Below, in pieces: positions 9,050-17,791 of a DNA stretch of 25,988 nucleotides. Below the pieces are notes generated by a model. It was given only the letters and a program-made list of their open reading frames with translations, made no database searches and was not told the origin of the DNA. Source of the stretch: a virus (Duplodnaviria > Caudoviricetes); the IMG/VR virus record IMGVR_UViG_3300007754_000052, positions 1 through 25,988 of that record, one strand, 5' to 3'. Every line of letters starts with the position of its first letter. Position 1 is the stretch's first letter. A program made the position numbers and the translations under genes.

Positions 9050-10596
9050 ACACCATTACCTCTATTGCCTTGTGGCATCCAGTGAATTTCTAATTGGTCC
9101 AGTGCCCAAGTCTTGTCATCCGTTGATTCAGCTCTGATACCTATATAGTTACCTGTCGTTCTTACTGGTATTTCTGAATGTGTACCCGGTGTGAAAGAGT
9201 AAGGTCCTTTCCAAGTAATTCCCTGATGTGGATTCATCTCATTACCCACATAGAAATCTATAGCACCAGTACCAGCAACTCTAGGTACAATTTTGGTAAT
9301 AGACTTAGTTCCCGGATATCCTAGACTCATACTATCTTTTTGAATCCAAGCCCTATAACTTGTACCACTATGCTGATTAGTACCTAATACATATAATTTA
9401 GTATCTCCGGCATCCGCCATTATCAGAGAAGGTTTAAGAGGCGAATCCCAAGCATCATTATCTGTATCCCAGTCACCTGATTCTGTCCAGTCCGTTGTAC
9501 TTACATACTCTACAACACCCCAAGCAATATGACTTACATTAGGAAGGTCTCTCTTAGACCAGCTATTATTTCTCCAATTCCACACATAAGCTGTATCTGC
9601 AAAGGCATCTGTGTTGTTTGTGTTAGATACAAAACAAACCCACATCTCATTCTTCTCTCTATCAGCAGCTACAAATGTTCTTGTCTTGTAGTCTGGGTGC
9701 ATAGAAGTAAACAGCTCATCTCTTATCTGGCTATCTACAATAGATTGCTTAGTCTGACCATCGTGAATATAGACATCATCCTCAGAAATTACGAAATGCT
9801 TATTGTCGAAGTCTTTTACGCAGTGTCTACCTAGTATACCTGTGTCAGAAAATAGTTGCCTAAATCCAAATATAGACTGTCCACCCTCAAATGCCATACT
9901 CCATATTGAGTCTTCTTTATAGACTACATTAATGTCACCAAGAGGCAGACAATCAATAACAAATCCTTTTGATTGTGAAAGGTCAACATATCCTGCATCT
10001 TTGGTAGCATCCGCAGCATTCCAGCTTGAAGGTACTGTACCACCCTCTGCCGGATGAGACCATCTTACTCTGAAAGGATAGCGTGTAGCTGATTCAGTTG
10101 TATCCAGTGCTACCAGAAATCTCTTGAATGGTCGCATTACTGCACAAGTTGTATTACTTAGCCAGTTGGTTAGGTTAGCAAACTTTGCACCAGCTGCTGT
10201 ACCCATAAACTGTGGTTCATCGACACTATTGTTAACTATAGCGACACCACCTAATACGCCACCATTCCATCCAGCACCAGCAGTTGCACTATAATCACCA
10301 CCAGATGTTCTTGTGAGGTCGGTATGTGTAGTTGTTGTACCAGATGTATGTACTCTATATAACTTAGTCAATCCTGCATAAATCCAAGAGTTTGTACTAA
10401 TAGTATCGAAAGGCATTAACCAGTAAGGTGCAACTGTAGGCGTACCAAATACTTGCAAATGCCCTTTTACTTTCGCAGTCTTGTCATTATCAAACTGTAT
10501 ATTATTTCCATCAGACCATTTATCTTCTGGTAATTCATAAGAAGAAATATCTTTGTTAATTCCTGTAGGGTTTAATACTTTTACTTGTGCTGGCAT
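9046..10596 (-). CDS. tail nozzle / head-stabilisation protein (P22 gp10 / T7 gp12 analog)
   Basis: 516 aa, beta-rich with propeller-like repeats (RVRWS, VVYKEDSIW, DVYIHDG, AYVWNW); N-terminal GINKD..Y.LP..W..GNNI.F pattern typical of this family; synteny. Confidence 0.7.
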   Translation of the reverse strand: MPAQVKVLNPTGINKDISSYELPEDKWSDGNNIQFDNDKTAKVKGHLQVFGTPTVAPYWLMPFDTISTNSWIYAGLTKLYRVHTSGTTTTHTDLTRTSGGDYSATAGAGWNGGVLGGVAIVNNSVDEPQFMGTAAGAKFANLTNWLSNTTCAVMRPFKRFLVALDTTESATRYPFRVRWSHPAEGGTVPSSWNAADATKDAGYVDLSQSKGFVIDCLPLGDINVVYKEDSIWSMAFEGGQSIFGFRQLFSDTGILGRHCVKDFDNKHFVISEDDVYIHDGQTKQSIVDSQIRDELFTSMHPDYKTRTFVAADREKNEMWVCFVSNTNNTDAFADTAYVWNWRNNSWSKRDLPNVSHIAWGVVEYVSTTDWTESGDWDTDNDAWDSPLKPSLIMADAGDTKLYVLGTNQHSGTSYRAWIQKDSMSLGYPGTKSITKIVPRVAGTGAIDFYVGNEMNPHQGITWKGPYSFTPGTHSEIPVRTTGNYIGIRAESTDDKTWALDQLEIHWMPQGNRGNGV

Positions 10597-11366
10597 TAAT
10601 ACCTCTGTCTATTAGGTGGTCCATAGCTTTTAAAAACTGGTGCGGCTGATTGAGTTTTCTTTCTAGCTCCTACATTTCCTCTACCACCTCTACCACCTCT
10701 GATTGCAGTTGACCTAGTAGGACCAAATTTAGTTTGATTAGGTATTACCGCTCTGGCTGGAGGTGGAGTAATTGTAGGTTCATTAGTTGTTATAGGTTGA
10801 GTCACTGGTGTAGTAGGTTGAACTGCTGGTTGAACATTGTCTAGCAAATAACTATTCCTAGAGGTATCCCGATAAGTAGGTTCTACTTGCATATTTGAAT
10901 TGAAGATGTTTAAATTTGATTTAGGTGTATAATTATTTTCTTTGTAAACATTATTCATTATATCCGCAGTAGAAACTCCATAGTCAGTTCCAAAAGTTCC
11001 TTTCCAGTCACTGATTATATCTTCTTTTGCAGCAGTTAAATAATTCTTATCTTTAAATCCACTCTTTACATAATCAAAAAGACTACCTACTCCTTCAACA
11101 CCAACACCACCAGCAAACGATAAAGTATCTGCTATTGGTCCTCTAACCGCTTTTGGAATAATAGGATTCCATTTCAACAAATCATAAAACATATCACTTG
11201 CTCTTGCTGAAGCTGCTTGATGTTTTGCATCAGATTGAACCCCAACACCATACGTTCCAATCGGATTAGTTTGTGGGTCTGATGGGTATTGTGCAGCAAT
11301 CCTAGTTATTTCATCCAAGTCAAAAAGACTATTACCAAGCTGATACATTCTATTTTGCCAACTCAT
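10596..11366 (-). CDS. hypothetical protein with helical N-domain, P/T-rich linker and RGG-rich basic tail
   Basis: 256 aa, coupled to the nozzle gene by a TAATG overlap; see findings. Confidence 0.55.
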   Translation of the reverse strand: MSWQNRMYQLGNSLFDLDEITRIAAQYPSDPQTNPIGTYGVGVQSDAKHQAASARASDMFYDLLKWNPIIPKAVRGPIADTLSFAGGVGVEGVGSLFDYVKSGFKDKNYLTAAKEDIISDWKGTFGTDYGVSTADIMNNVYKENNYTPKSNLNIFNSNMQVEPTYRDTSRNSYLLDNVQPAVQPTTPVTQPITTNEPTITPPPARAVIPNQTKFGPTRSTAIRGGRGGRGNVGARKKTQSAAPVFKSYGPPNRQRY

Positions 11367-11367
11367 A

Positions 11368-11988
11368 TTATTTCATATCCAGTCCTTCAACAATCGCATA
11401 CCAGTTAGCACCAGCATCAATTGTCTCGAAAGTAAGAATGTCTATTCCACTTGTAGTCAGAGTAGGAGTTGTACCACCAACAAACTTAACACTTGAGTGC
11501 CAAGGGTCTGTCACTGTACCACCATTCGTCAGTATCAGTTTGAACTTACCATATATACCAGAAGTGGGAGGATTGCTTATCGTAAATGAACCACCACTTG
11601 CAAGTACAGCAGTAACTACATTGCCTAATGAGAAGTCAATTGCTGTTGCCGAACTTACTGTTCCTACAGCGTTGACAATCTCTGTCTGTTTCTTTGTCTT
11701 TAAGTTGGTTGTTGTACCTACAGCATCAGCAGTGACAGTCTTAGAAGCCTCTACTGTTCCAAGCGTTGGTATGTCATTATAGTTTAGCTCTGCTGTTGTA
11801 CCAGTATAACCATCTATTAAATTTAATTCTGTATGTGTTGCTGTCACAGCACCAGAAATATTAGGGAAGGTAGACCTAATAGTAGACTTAACCAACCTTA
11901 TGTGGTCATCGCCTTGACTTCGTGGGTCTGTGCCTGTTGGATTAGTTGTTACCAATCCATCTATATAAGTTGTTGATTCTAATGCCAT
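11368..11988 (-). CDS. short tail fibre / fibre adaptor (paralog of the 19732-20349 N-terminus)
   Basis: 206 aa, Thr-rich; N-terminal MALE..YID.L...NP...D..S.GDDHIR..K.....FPNI.GAV.AT.TELN shared with 19732-20349; C-terminal IDF..GN...L...ISN...IDIL.F domain. Confidence 0.65.
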   Translation of the reverse strand: MALESTTYIDGLVTTNPTGTDPRSQGDDHIRLVKSTIRSTFPNISGAVTATHTELNLIDGYTGTTAELNYNDIPTLGTVEASKTVTADAVGTTTNLKTKKQTEIVNAVGTVSSATAIDFSLGNVVTAVLASGGSFTISNPPTSGIYGKFKLILTNGGTVTDPWHSSVKFVGGTTPTLTTSGIDILTFETIDAGANWYAIVEGLDMK

Positions 11989-11989
11989 A

Positions 11990-12421
11990 TTATTTTCCTT
12001 TTGCTAATTGTGCTCCGAAATAAAATTCTATAATCATAGTTGCCCACCCAAATATTTCATCCATCTTGAGTAATCCATCTACAGTAGCGTACTCTATTAC
12101 ATCAGGTGTGAATTGAAAACCTAAGAAACTAAATCCCTCAATTATAGTAGGAATTACTGTTGGTACATCAAATACAACAGGTGCTACCTGAGTGAATATA
12201 ACTAAACCTAAGATGACTAGAATTATAATCCTTCTATTCATAGCAGCCATAGGACTTTCTTTGTCTGCTCTATCCCTAGCCATATTAATAGACTCATTTC
12301 TTACTTGAAGTGATTGTATCATCAGCTTCTGGTTCTCTGCTGCTGCTTGACTCTTTAGGGCAAAGAGTTTAGCTACAAAGCCTAGTATTATAGGTGCTAT
12401 ATTTGTAAGTAATGTCATCAT
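11990..12421 (-). CDS. holin-like membrane protein
   Basis: 143 aa with about 3 hydrophobic segments and C-terminal IIEFYFG motif resembling 3TM-type phage holins; ATGA overlap. Confidence 0.5.
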   Translation of the reverse strand: MMTLLTNIAPIILGFVAKLFALKSQAAAENQKLMIQSLQVRNESINMARDRADKESPMAAMNRRIIILVILGLVIFTQVAPVVFDVPTVIPTIIEGFSFLGFQFTPDVIEYATVDGLLKMDEIFGWATMIIEFYFGAQLAKGK

Positions 12422-12627
12422 ACAGCGACTCTCAGTGCCTCAATAATTCCAATCTGTGTGACAATATAGAAACCAATCGCACCATAAACACTCCACTTAA
12501 TCTGTAGCATATTAGTATTAATCTTCTGGATACATTTATTAGTGTCTTCAATACGACTAAACAATTTGCTTATTTGTGAGTCGTGTCTGTCTAATGTAGT
12601 TTCCATCCTAGCAATTCTCTCTTCCAT
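12418..12627 (-). CDS. coiled-coil + C-terminal TM protein (XhlA-like holin accessory)
   Basis: 69 aa, MEERIARMETTL coiled coil then IKWSVYGAIGFYIVTQIGII TM; AAGGA RBS. Confidence 0.5.
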   Translation of the reverse strand: MEERIARMETTLDRHDSQISKLFSRIEDTNKCIQKINTNMLQIKWSVYGAIGFYIVTQIGIIEALRVAV

Positions 12628-12635
12628 AATGTCCT

Positions 12636-12926
12636 TTACTTATTTGAGCCAATTGCACTACCTGTTAAGATTGCACCAAAGGCTAAGTGAAATAACCCAC
12701 CACCCATAAGAGTAAAGGGATTGTGTTGTCCTGTCAGTTTCTTCATCAATTCCATCTGTACTAATGTATCCTCTGTTGAGTTTATTATTTCCATAAACTG
12801 ACTTATATCAGGTCTATTAAGTCCGTACCAAACTGGTACAAATAGAAAGTCGTAAAAGCAAATCAGCAGGTATATTGTTAATGCAGTCCATCGCCACCTA
12901 GAGGTACTTCTTTCAACATCTGTCAT
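12636..12926 (-). CDS. 2-TM holin-like membrane protein
   Basis: 96 aa from ATG 12926 (ATGA overlap with the 34-aa gene; more likely than the track start at 12944); motifs WRW...YLLICFYDFLFVP and PFTLMGGGLFHLAFGAIL recalled from phage 3TM-holin-like proteins. Confidence 0.55.
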   Translation of the reverse strand: MTDVERSTSRWRWTALTIYLLICFYDFLFVPVWYGLNRPDISQFMEIINSTEDTLVQMELMKKLTGQHNPFTLMGGGLFHLAFGAILTGSAIGSNK

Positions 12927-13027
12927 ACACAGGGCGGAGTACACATTAAAGCATCAACACCTATTATCATTGTTGCTATAAAAAGAATTATTCCTACAGC
13001 TATTAATGCTATTATCCACTTGTTCAT
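12923..13027 (-). CDS. 34-aa single-TM peptide (not in ORF track)
   Basis: MNKWIIALIAVGIILFIATMIIGVDALMCTPPCV*; ATGA overlaps at both ends (13024-13027 and 12923-12926), filling the gap exactly. Confidence 0.7.
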   Translation of the reverse strand: MNKWIIALIAVGIILFIATMIIGVDALMCTPPCV

Positions 13028-13362
13028 TGCGTGTTCCTCAAATGTGTTTCTAATTCTGTTTGTATTTCATTCAGTATTTCGTTTGTGTCTTTAATGTCTT
13101 CCTGTAAATACTGTATTCTTAAATCTTGTTTGGCATCATCTGGTAATGCACCTAACTCACCTCGCGGCCATTTTACTCTGAACTCGGAGTTCATAGCCAC
13201 ACTATCTTGCATCCTAATAACATCCAACTGCAACTGGGCTATTTGTCCAGTAAGAGTAAAGTAAACACCTGCAATCGAAAGTATCATAGCAACAATACCT
13301 ACTAGAGTTTTTACATCTAGGTTTACCTTACCACCCTCTCTCAAATCTATTCCATCAGACAT
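13024..13362 (-). CDS. N-terminal TM + coiled-coil protein
   Basis: 112 aa; TM LVGIVAMILSIAGVYF followed by heptad-rich helix; TAATG overlap. Confidence 0.6.
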   Translation of the reverse strand: MSDGIDLREGGKVNLDVKTLVGIVAMILSIAGVYFTLTGQIAQLQLDVIRMQDSVAMNSEFRVKWPRGELGALPDDAKQDLRIQYLQEDIKDTNEILNEIQTELETHLRNTQ

Positions 13363-13742
13363 TAGCCTAATTCAGTTTGGGTTGATTTCTTTTCTTTCTT
13401 CTTCTTTTTCTTACTGTCGTTAAACTGTTTCTTTAGAGTATTAAGTTGTTTCTTGAGTGCTTTGTTCTGCTTTATCTGAGAATCTACTTCATCTATGATT
13501 ACTTCTATAGCTTCTTTATTCACCATAACTTGCTGACCCATACCGACAACAGCCTTGATTACTTCTTGCAAATCCAGTTCCATTCGGACTTGGTTTTCAA
13601 TCACAGCCTTCTGGTTTGACTTCTGGTATTCCTCATACATAGTAGAAACACGATGGTCAATTCCAGAAATATACCAAAGCATTGCTCCAGCTTGAACTAC
13701 TATTGCCAGAACTATGGCTGCTGGTATCTTAAATCCATTCAT
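13362..13742 (-). CDS. N-terminal TM + coiled-coil protein with Lys-rich tail (i-spanin-like architecture)
   Basis: 126 aa; TM IPAAIVLAIVVQAGAMLWYI, coiled coil, KKKKKKEKK tail; AGGAG RBS. Confidence 0.55.
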   Translation of the reverse strand: MNGFKIPAAIVLAIVVQAGAMLWYISGIDHRVSTMYEEYQKSNQKAVIENQVRMELDLQEVIKAVVGMGQQVMVNKEAIEVIIDEVDSQIKQNKALKKQLNTLKKQFNDSKKKKKKEKKSTQTELG

Positions 13743-13750
13743 ACTGACTC

Positions 13751-14005
13751 CTAGTAATTATAAGAAGATGAAGGCTGTTCACTTCTTAGAGCATCAAATA
13801 AATCTTCGTGTTGCTCCATAATCTCTTCATCTTTTCTCATCATATCTTCAACGAGTTCTTCTAGCTTATCTACTTTTCTTTCCAGCTTATCAAGTTTATC
13901 GCTGTGTACTGCTTGTGTTGTTGACAGAGAGAATGTTTGTGTCATAGTCCAACCACCTAAAGCCATAAGCAGTCCTAGAAGTAGCATTACAATCTGGTCT
14001 TTCAC
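13751..14005 (-). CDS. N-terminal TM + acidic coiled-coil protein
   Basis: 84 aa, GTG start overlapping the upstream TAG; TM IVMLLLGLLMALGGW then LDKLERKVDKLEELVE heptads. Confidence 0.6.
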   Translation of the reverse strand: MKDQIVMLLLGLLMALGGWTMTQTFSLSTTQAVHSDKLDKLERKVDKLEELVEDMMRKDEEIMEQHEDLFDALRSEQPSSSYNY

Positions 14006-14151
14006 TAATTACTCCACTTAAAATTCTGTTGTACTTTCACAGTAGGTACAGCATCGCTAGTTGCTTTGCTTGTAGCACTTACAGAAGTAGTGCTAGGAAA
14101 GACACTGCATCCTGTAACTAACAATAATGTGATGAATAATATAATTCTCAT
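14005..14151 (-). CDS. 48-aa lipoprotein (not in ORF track); o-spanin or exclusion lipoprotein candidate
   Basis: MRIILFITLLLVTGCSVFPSTTSVSATSKATSDAVPTVKVQQNFKWSN*; basic N-terminus, hydrophobic core and lipobox-like VTG^C; fills the gap between neighbours with a TAGTG overlap. Confidence 0.75.
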   Translation of the reverse strand: MRIILFITLLLVTGCSVFPSTTSVSATSKATSDAVPTVKVQQNFKWSN

Positions 14152-14152
14152 C

Positions 14153-14737
14153 TTAGTCAGCCGTCAAACTTACAAATGCTTCATCCACTTCATCGTTAGG
14201 ATTTGCTGTCCAATGATGTAGCATATTAATCTCTCTAGCAAATGATTCTGTTTCATCACCAACACCTGTCTTTCTTACTTCAGTATGAGGGCGATTCTCG
14301 TATTCCATAATCTCATCAAGGGTAGATAGAGCAGCCACTTCACTCTCTTTAGTCGCTTGTTCGCTATAAATCGTAGTAGCATAAGTAGCAATATTGGCAG
14401 GTACTGCTTTACCACCCTTACTTGCTCTCGCCCAATACCAATCTATAGCATCTTGTTTTATGGCTACCTGTGAATTGATATCAGATAGCATACTTGCTTT
14501 AAGCGTATCCACATCTATAGCAGTTCCAGCGTATGTTCCTACGACTTCTGCTCCTGATGTATCTACAGTATAAGAGCCATTAGTATAATATCTGGAATCT
14601 GGTGTTACTTCCCTATAAGGTTTGATTCCTAATGATGCAAGTGTATCACTATTCCGAAATATCGCTTTAGGATATGTGATGCCAGCTATCACCATTGTTT
14701 TTGGTGTCTTAATTATTTTTGAATAATAGTACCACAT
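14153..14737 (-). CDS. putative tail fibre assembly chaperone
   Basis: 194 aa directly after the large RBP; motifs GITYP..IF...LASLGI and DWY..RA..G.AVP typical of fibre chaperones; AGGAG RBS. Confidence 0.5.
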   Translation of the reverse strand: MWYYYSKIIKTPKTMVIAGITYPKAIFRNSDTLASLGIKPYREVTPDSRYYTNGSYTVDTSGAEVVGTYAGTAIDVDTLKASMLSDINSQVAIKQDAIDWYWARASKGGKAVPANIATYATTIYSEQATKESEVAALSTLDEIMEYENRPHTEVRKTGVGDETESFAREINMLHHWTANPNDEVDEAFVSLTAD

Positions 14738-14748
14738 ATTTGCTCCTG

Positions 14749-17271
14749 TTATGTCACTGGTGATGAAGTATGAAATCCAGCATTTGCATATTTAAAAGGT
14801 AAATCTGCGAACGCTAAGTAGATGTATGTATCACCATTTTTGTTAACTAAATTATCATCATCTCGTATTTTTACACCGTTTGAAAAAAACTCTGCATAGG
14901 TTTTTGTAGAACCGTGTTCTCCTTCAGCAGGGTCATTATCTGTATATAGTACATAATTTCTGCGGCTTGCATCCTGCCTCCAGACTCTCTCACTATCATA
15001 CATAACCCAAGCATCGGTGTCGCTAGCAGTTTTTATTATAATAAATTTTGGGCGAAAACCTAAGTTAATAAATGGACCATCTTCCCCATTGTATCCGCCA
15101 CCAGCATTACCAATATATGAACCCACCTTAGAGTAGCCATCTACAGAGTGGAAACAGTAGGCTATGTATGCCTGAGTATTTACATTCACACTACCATCTG
15201 ATTTTAAAGAGAATACAGTACTTGTTGGGTCTGTATCGTTCCAAGGGTCATCAGTACTAATTGCAGGACCCGTAACATTAAGATAAATATGATATGAAGC
15301 ATCAATTAAATTATTATGGTATGTAAACCAATGGTCACCACTTAGCTTTTTAGTTATAATCATTTCTGGTGCTTTAGATAATCCGTGTCCTACTGTTCCA
15401 TTAGCACCAGTACCTGTCCAAGAAACTATACTAAATCCAGCATCTACATTTCTACTGCAAGTTGATGCAATAGTACCTTGTGTGAAATCACCTGTTCCTA
15501 AAGTAGCATTACCTGCTTTCCAGTTCCAAGATACATAACCATCATCATTAGTATTAGTAGCAATATCATCGCCAGTAGTAAAACCATTAGATAAGAAAGC
15601 AGTTAATGTATCAGCATTTGCTGCTTCCGCTTGGGCGCCGTCTGAATGAATAGCGTTTGTTACTCCACGAACAGCATCAAATAGTTGATGTTGGTCAGTG
15701 CCCTGCCTATTTTTTATCCAAGTAAAATCAGGTTGAAATCCTAATGATGTAATGTTTTGAACCGAACCATCACCTTCATAAAGAGCAACATCAAAATGCT
15801 CACTAGGTATAACAGCAGGTTCTGGTAAGTTCTTCGCACATAATGCTAAAAAGCCAGTAGGTGGAGTGTAATAGAAATCTCCATAGCCACTACCATCACT
15901 AGCAGCAGCAGAACCACTCGTCTTACGACCAGAGAAACTTGAATCCTGTCCGAAATTAGCAACCCAACTCGAACCATTACCATAGTGCCCCATTAATAGT
16001 GGTTGCATACCTTGACTATCAGTAGCCTGTAGACTTGTTGTGGTTTGAGCAACATTATTTTTATAAAATGTTATTTCATCATCATCCGCATTATATGCTA
16101 CACCGATAATATCATCTTCAGCATAAGTAGCAAATGTAGCACCACTTAAATTATCTGTTACTCCCTCATAATCATAAGTAGTTTTATAAACCAAAGTTCT
16201 ATCACTTTCGGCAGTACCATCATTTACTTCATCTGATACACCAATTAGACCTATTTCTGGTTGTGTATATGCGTCATTACCATCTATCTCATCCGCAATA
16301 GCCTCAAAATACCACTTACCAGAAGTAACAGCAAAAGTTCCAGCACTCATTATGGTATTTCCACCATTGTTTATAAATAGCTGTAGATTTCCATAATTTA
16401 TTTGGTCACCAGTACCACATAATGTAGTTCTCATAGGGTCAAGAGTACAAAAGTTGTTGGTGGGCGAATCAAGAGATTGTGCTACAGCATCATCATCTGG
16501 TGCTGTAGTTGCATAATCATTATCATTACCAGAAAAATCTTCTCCTAAATTACTTGCATTTGAGAAATTCAAATAAAATCCATTAGTACCATAAGCACCA
16601 TCAGCAACATTATACTCTTTAGGTTTCCACTCACCATAATCACCAAACTCACCGAATGAATTTGCAGTTACGGCAACACCATCTAAGAAATGACACTCTG
16701 CTAAATAACCTTTCCAAGAATTAGCTGCTGTTTTAGTTGTTGCATAACTACCCAAGGTGTGAAGTGTTGCAGCTCCCCAGCCTGTATAATTGTTTTGGGT
16801 CTGGTGTTGCTCCGAAATAAATGTAGTTATTTCAACCCCATTCACATATATTTTAAGTCTATCTGCCTCAGCAGCTTGAGTAGTATCACAAGCAACAACG
16901 AGATGATACCAATTAGCAACATCAAAGAATGCTGGAGCTGTTTTATGCCCCATATAACCTGAAACACCAGCAGAATCTTGTATCTGCAAATAACCAGTTT
17001 CGATAATCATCATCCAACATTCATTCTGAGAACCGTGCCCACCAGCAAGCGGACTGAATATATGGTTATTTGACCAGCCCTCGGTAATACCTCTGTTTCT
17101 CTTAGTTCCTCTTTTAAACCAACAACTGAAAGTCCAAGTCCTACGATTTCCATCAGAACCATACGTCTTACTTAAATAATTGCCATTATCATAGTTATTA
17201 AACCGACACGAATAATCTATCGAGTAGCTAGTATCAGCCTTATACATCCATTGTGGTGAACCTATTGGCAT
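14749..17271 (-). CDS. receptor-binding protein with LamG/ConA-like and SPRY(B30.2)-like domains plus C-terminal repeated beta domains
   Basis: 840 aa; LamG motifs TWTFSCWFKR, WYHLVV..D..Q....RLKIYVNG; SPRY motifs SGKWYFE, IGVAYNADD..ITFYKN, NFGQ..PPTGF; repeated Y.G.G...GF.P.F..IK units. Confidence 0.75.
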   Translation of the reverse strand: MPIGSPQWMYKADTSYSIDYSCRFNNYDNGNYLSKTYGSDGNRRTWTFSCWFKRGTKRNRGITEGWSNNHIFSPLAGGHGSQNECWMMIIETGYLQIQDSAGVSGYMGHKTAPAFFDVANWYHLVVACDTTQAAEADRLKIYVNGVEITTFISEQHQTQNNYTGWGAATLHTLGSYATTKTAANSWKGYLAECHFLDGVAVTANSFGEFGDYGEWKPKEYNVADGAYGTNGFYLNFSNASNLGEDFSGNDNDYATTAPDDDAVAQSLDSPTNNFCTLDPMRTTLCGTGDQINYGNLQLFINNGGNTIMSAGTFAVTSGKWYFEAIADEIDGNDAYTQPEIGLIGVSDEVNDGTAESDRTLVYKTTYDYEGVTDNLSGATFATYAEDDIIGVAYNADDDEITFYKNNVAQTTTSLQATDSQGMQPLLMGHYGNGSSWVANFGQDSSFSGRKTSGSAAASDGSGYGDFYYTPPTGFLALCAKNLPEPAVIPSEHFDVALYEGDGSVQNITSLGFQPDFTWIKNRQGTDQHQLFDAVRGVTNAIHSDGAQAEAANADTLTAFLSNGFTTGDDIATNTNDDGYVSWNWKAGNATLGTGDFTQGTIASTCSRNVDAGFSIVSWTGTGANGTVGHGLSKAPEMIITKKLSGDHWFTYHNNLIDASYHIYLNVTGPAISTDDPWNDTDPTSTVFSLKSDGSVNVNTQAYIAYCFHSVDGYSKVGSYIGNAGGGYNGEDGPFINLGFRPKFIIIKTASDTDAWVMYDSERVWRQDASRRNYVLYTDNDPAEGEHGSTKTYAEFFSNGVKIRDDDNLVNKNGDTYIYLAFADLPFKYANAGFHTSSPVT

Positions 17272-17272
17272 A

Positions 17273-17791
17273 TTATGAGAAAGCTAGTTGTGGTGTGCCT
17301 AGTAAAATTCTACTTGCTGCTACAACGACATAAGGCACAATATCCGTTGCTGATGCTGTAGAGGTTAATGTCAATCCTGCTCCAGCCGCTGTTTCATAAT
17401 CTCCGTGTAAGGCAACAGTCCTACTACCTGTACCGTCTTGAATAAATGTAATAAATCCAGATTGTCCTGCTACTTCATTGGAAGCAGTTAGACTTGTTAT
17501 ATTTCCAGTAAGTGTGAGTACAAAATTTGTTTTTGCTGTGAAGTCCAAATCAACTGTGCCAGAATTAGATGTATCTGTATCTGTAGCACCAACTACTGCA
17601 CCTGTCAGAGTACCACCAGCTAGAGGTAGCTTGGTTGCATCTGTCGAAGCACCAGTAAAAGTGGTTGCTGTTAATGTTCCTGCTTGGTCTAGCGTGGCTA
17701 CATTCGAGCCATTGCTCTGAAATATTATATCGTTGCCAGAACCATCGGCATTAAGCGTTAGGTCTTCAGCACTTGATTTTATTGTACTCAC
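17273..17791 (-). CDS. tail fibre segment / adaptor for the downstream RBP
   Basis: 172 aa, GTG start with GGGAGG RBS; LPLAGGTLTG fibre motif; C-terminal LDF....NF.LTL.GN....SN..AGQSG.I..IQDGTGSRT domain. Confidence 0.65.
   Translation of the reverse strand: MSTIKSSAEDLTLNADGSGNDIIFQSNGSNVATLDQAGTLTATTFTGASTDATKLPLAGGTLTGAVVGATDTDTSNSGTVDLDFTAKTNFVLTLTGNITSLTASNEVAGQSGFITFIQDGTGSRTVALHGDYETAAGAGLTLTSTASATDIVPYVVVAASRILLGTPQLAFS

Noticed and set aside
12416-12421. Dual-start holin/antiholin motif (Met-Met)
   Set aside because: No charged residue lies between the two Mets as in lambda S107/S105; the pattern is explained by the ATGA overlap.
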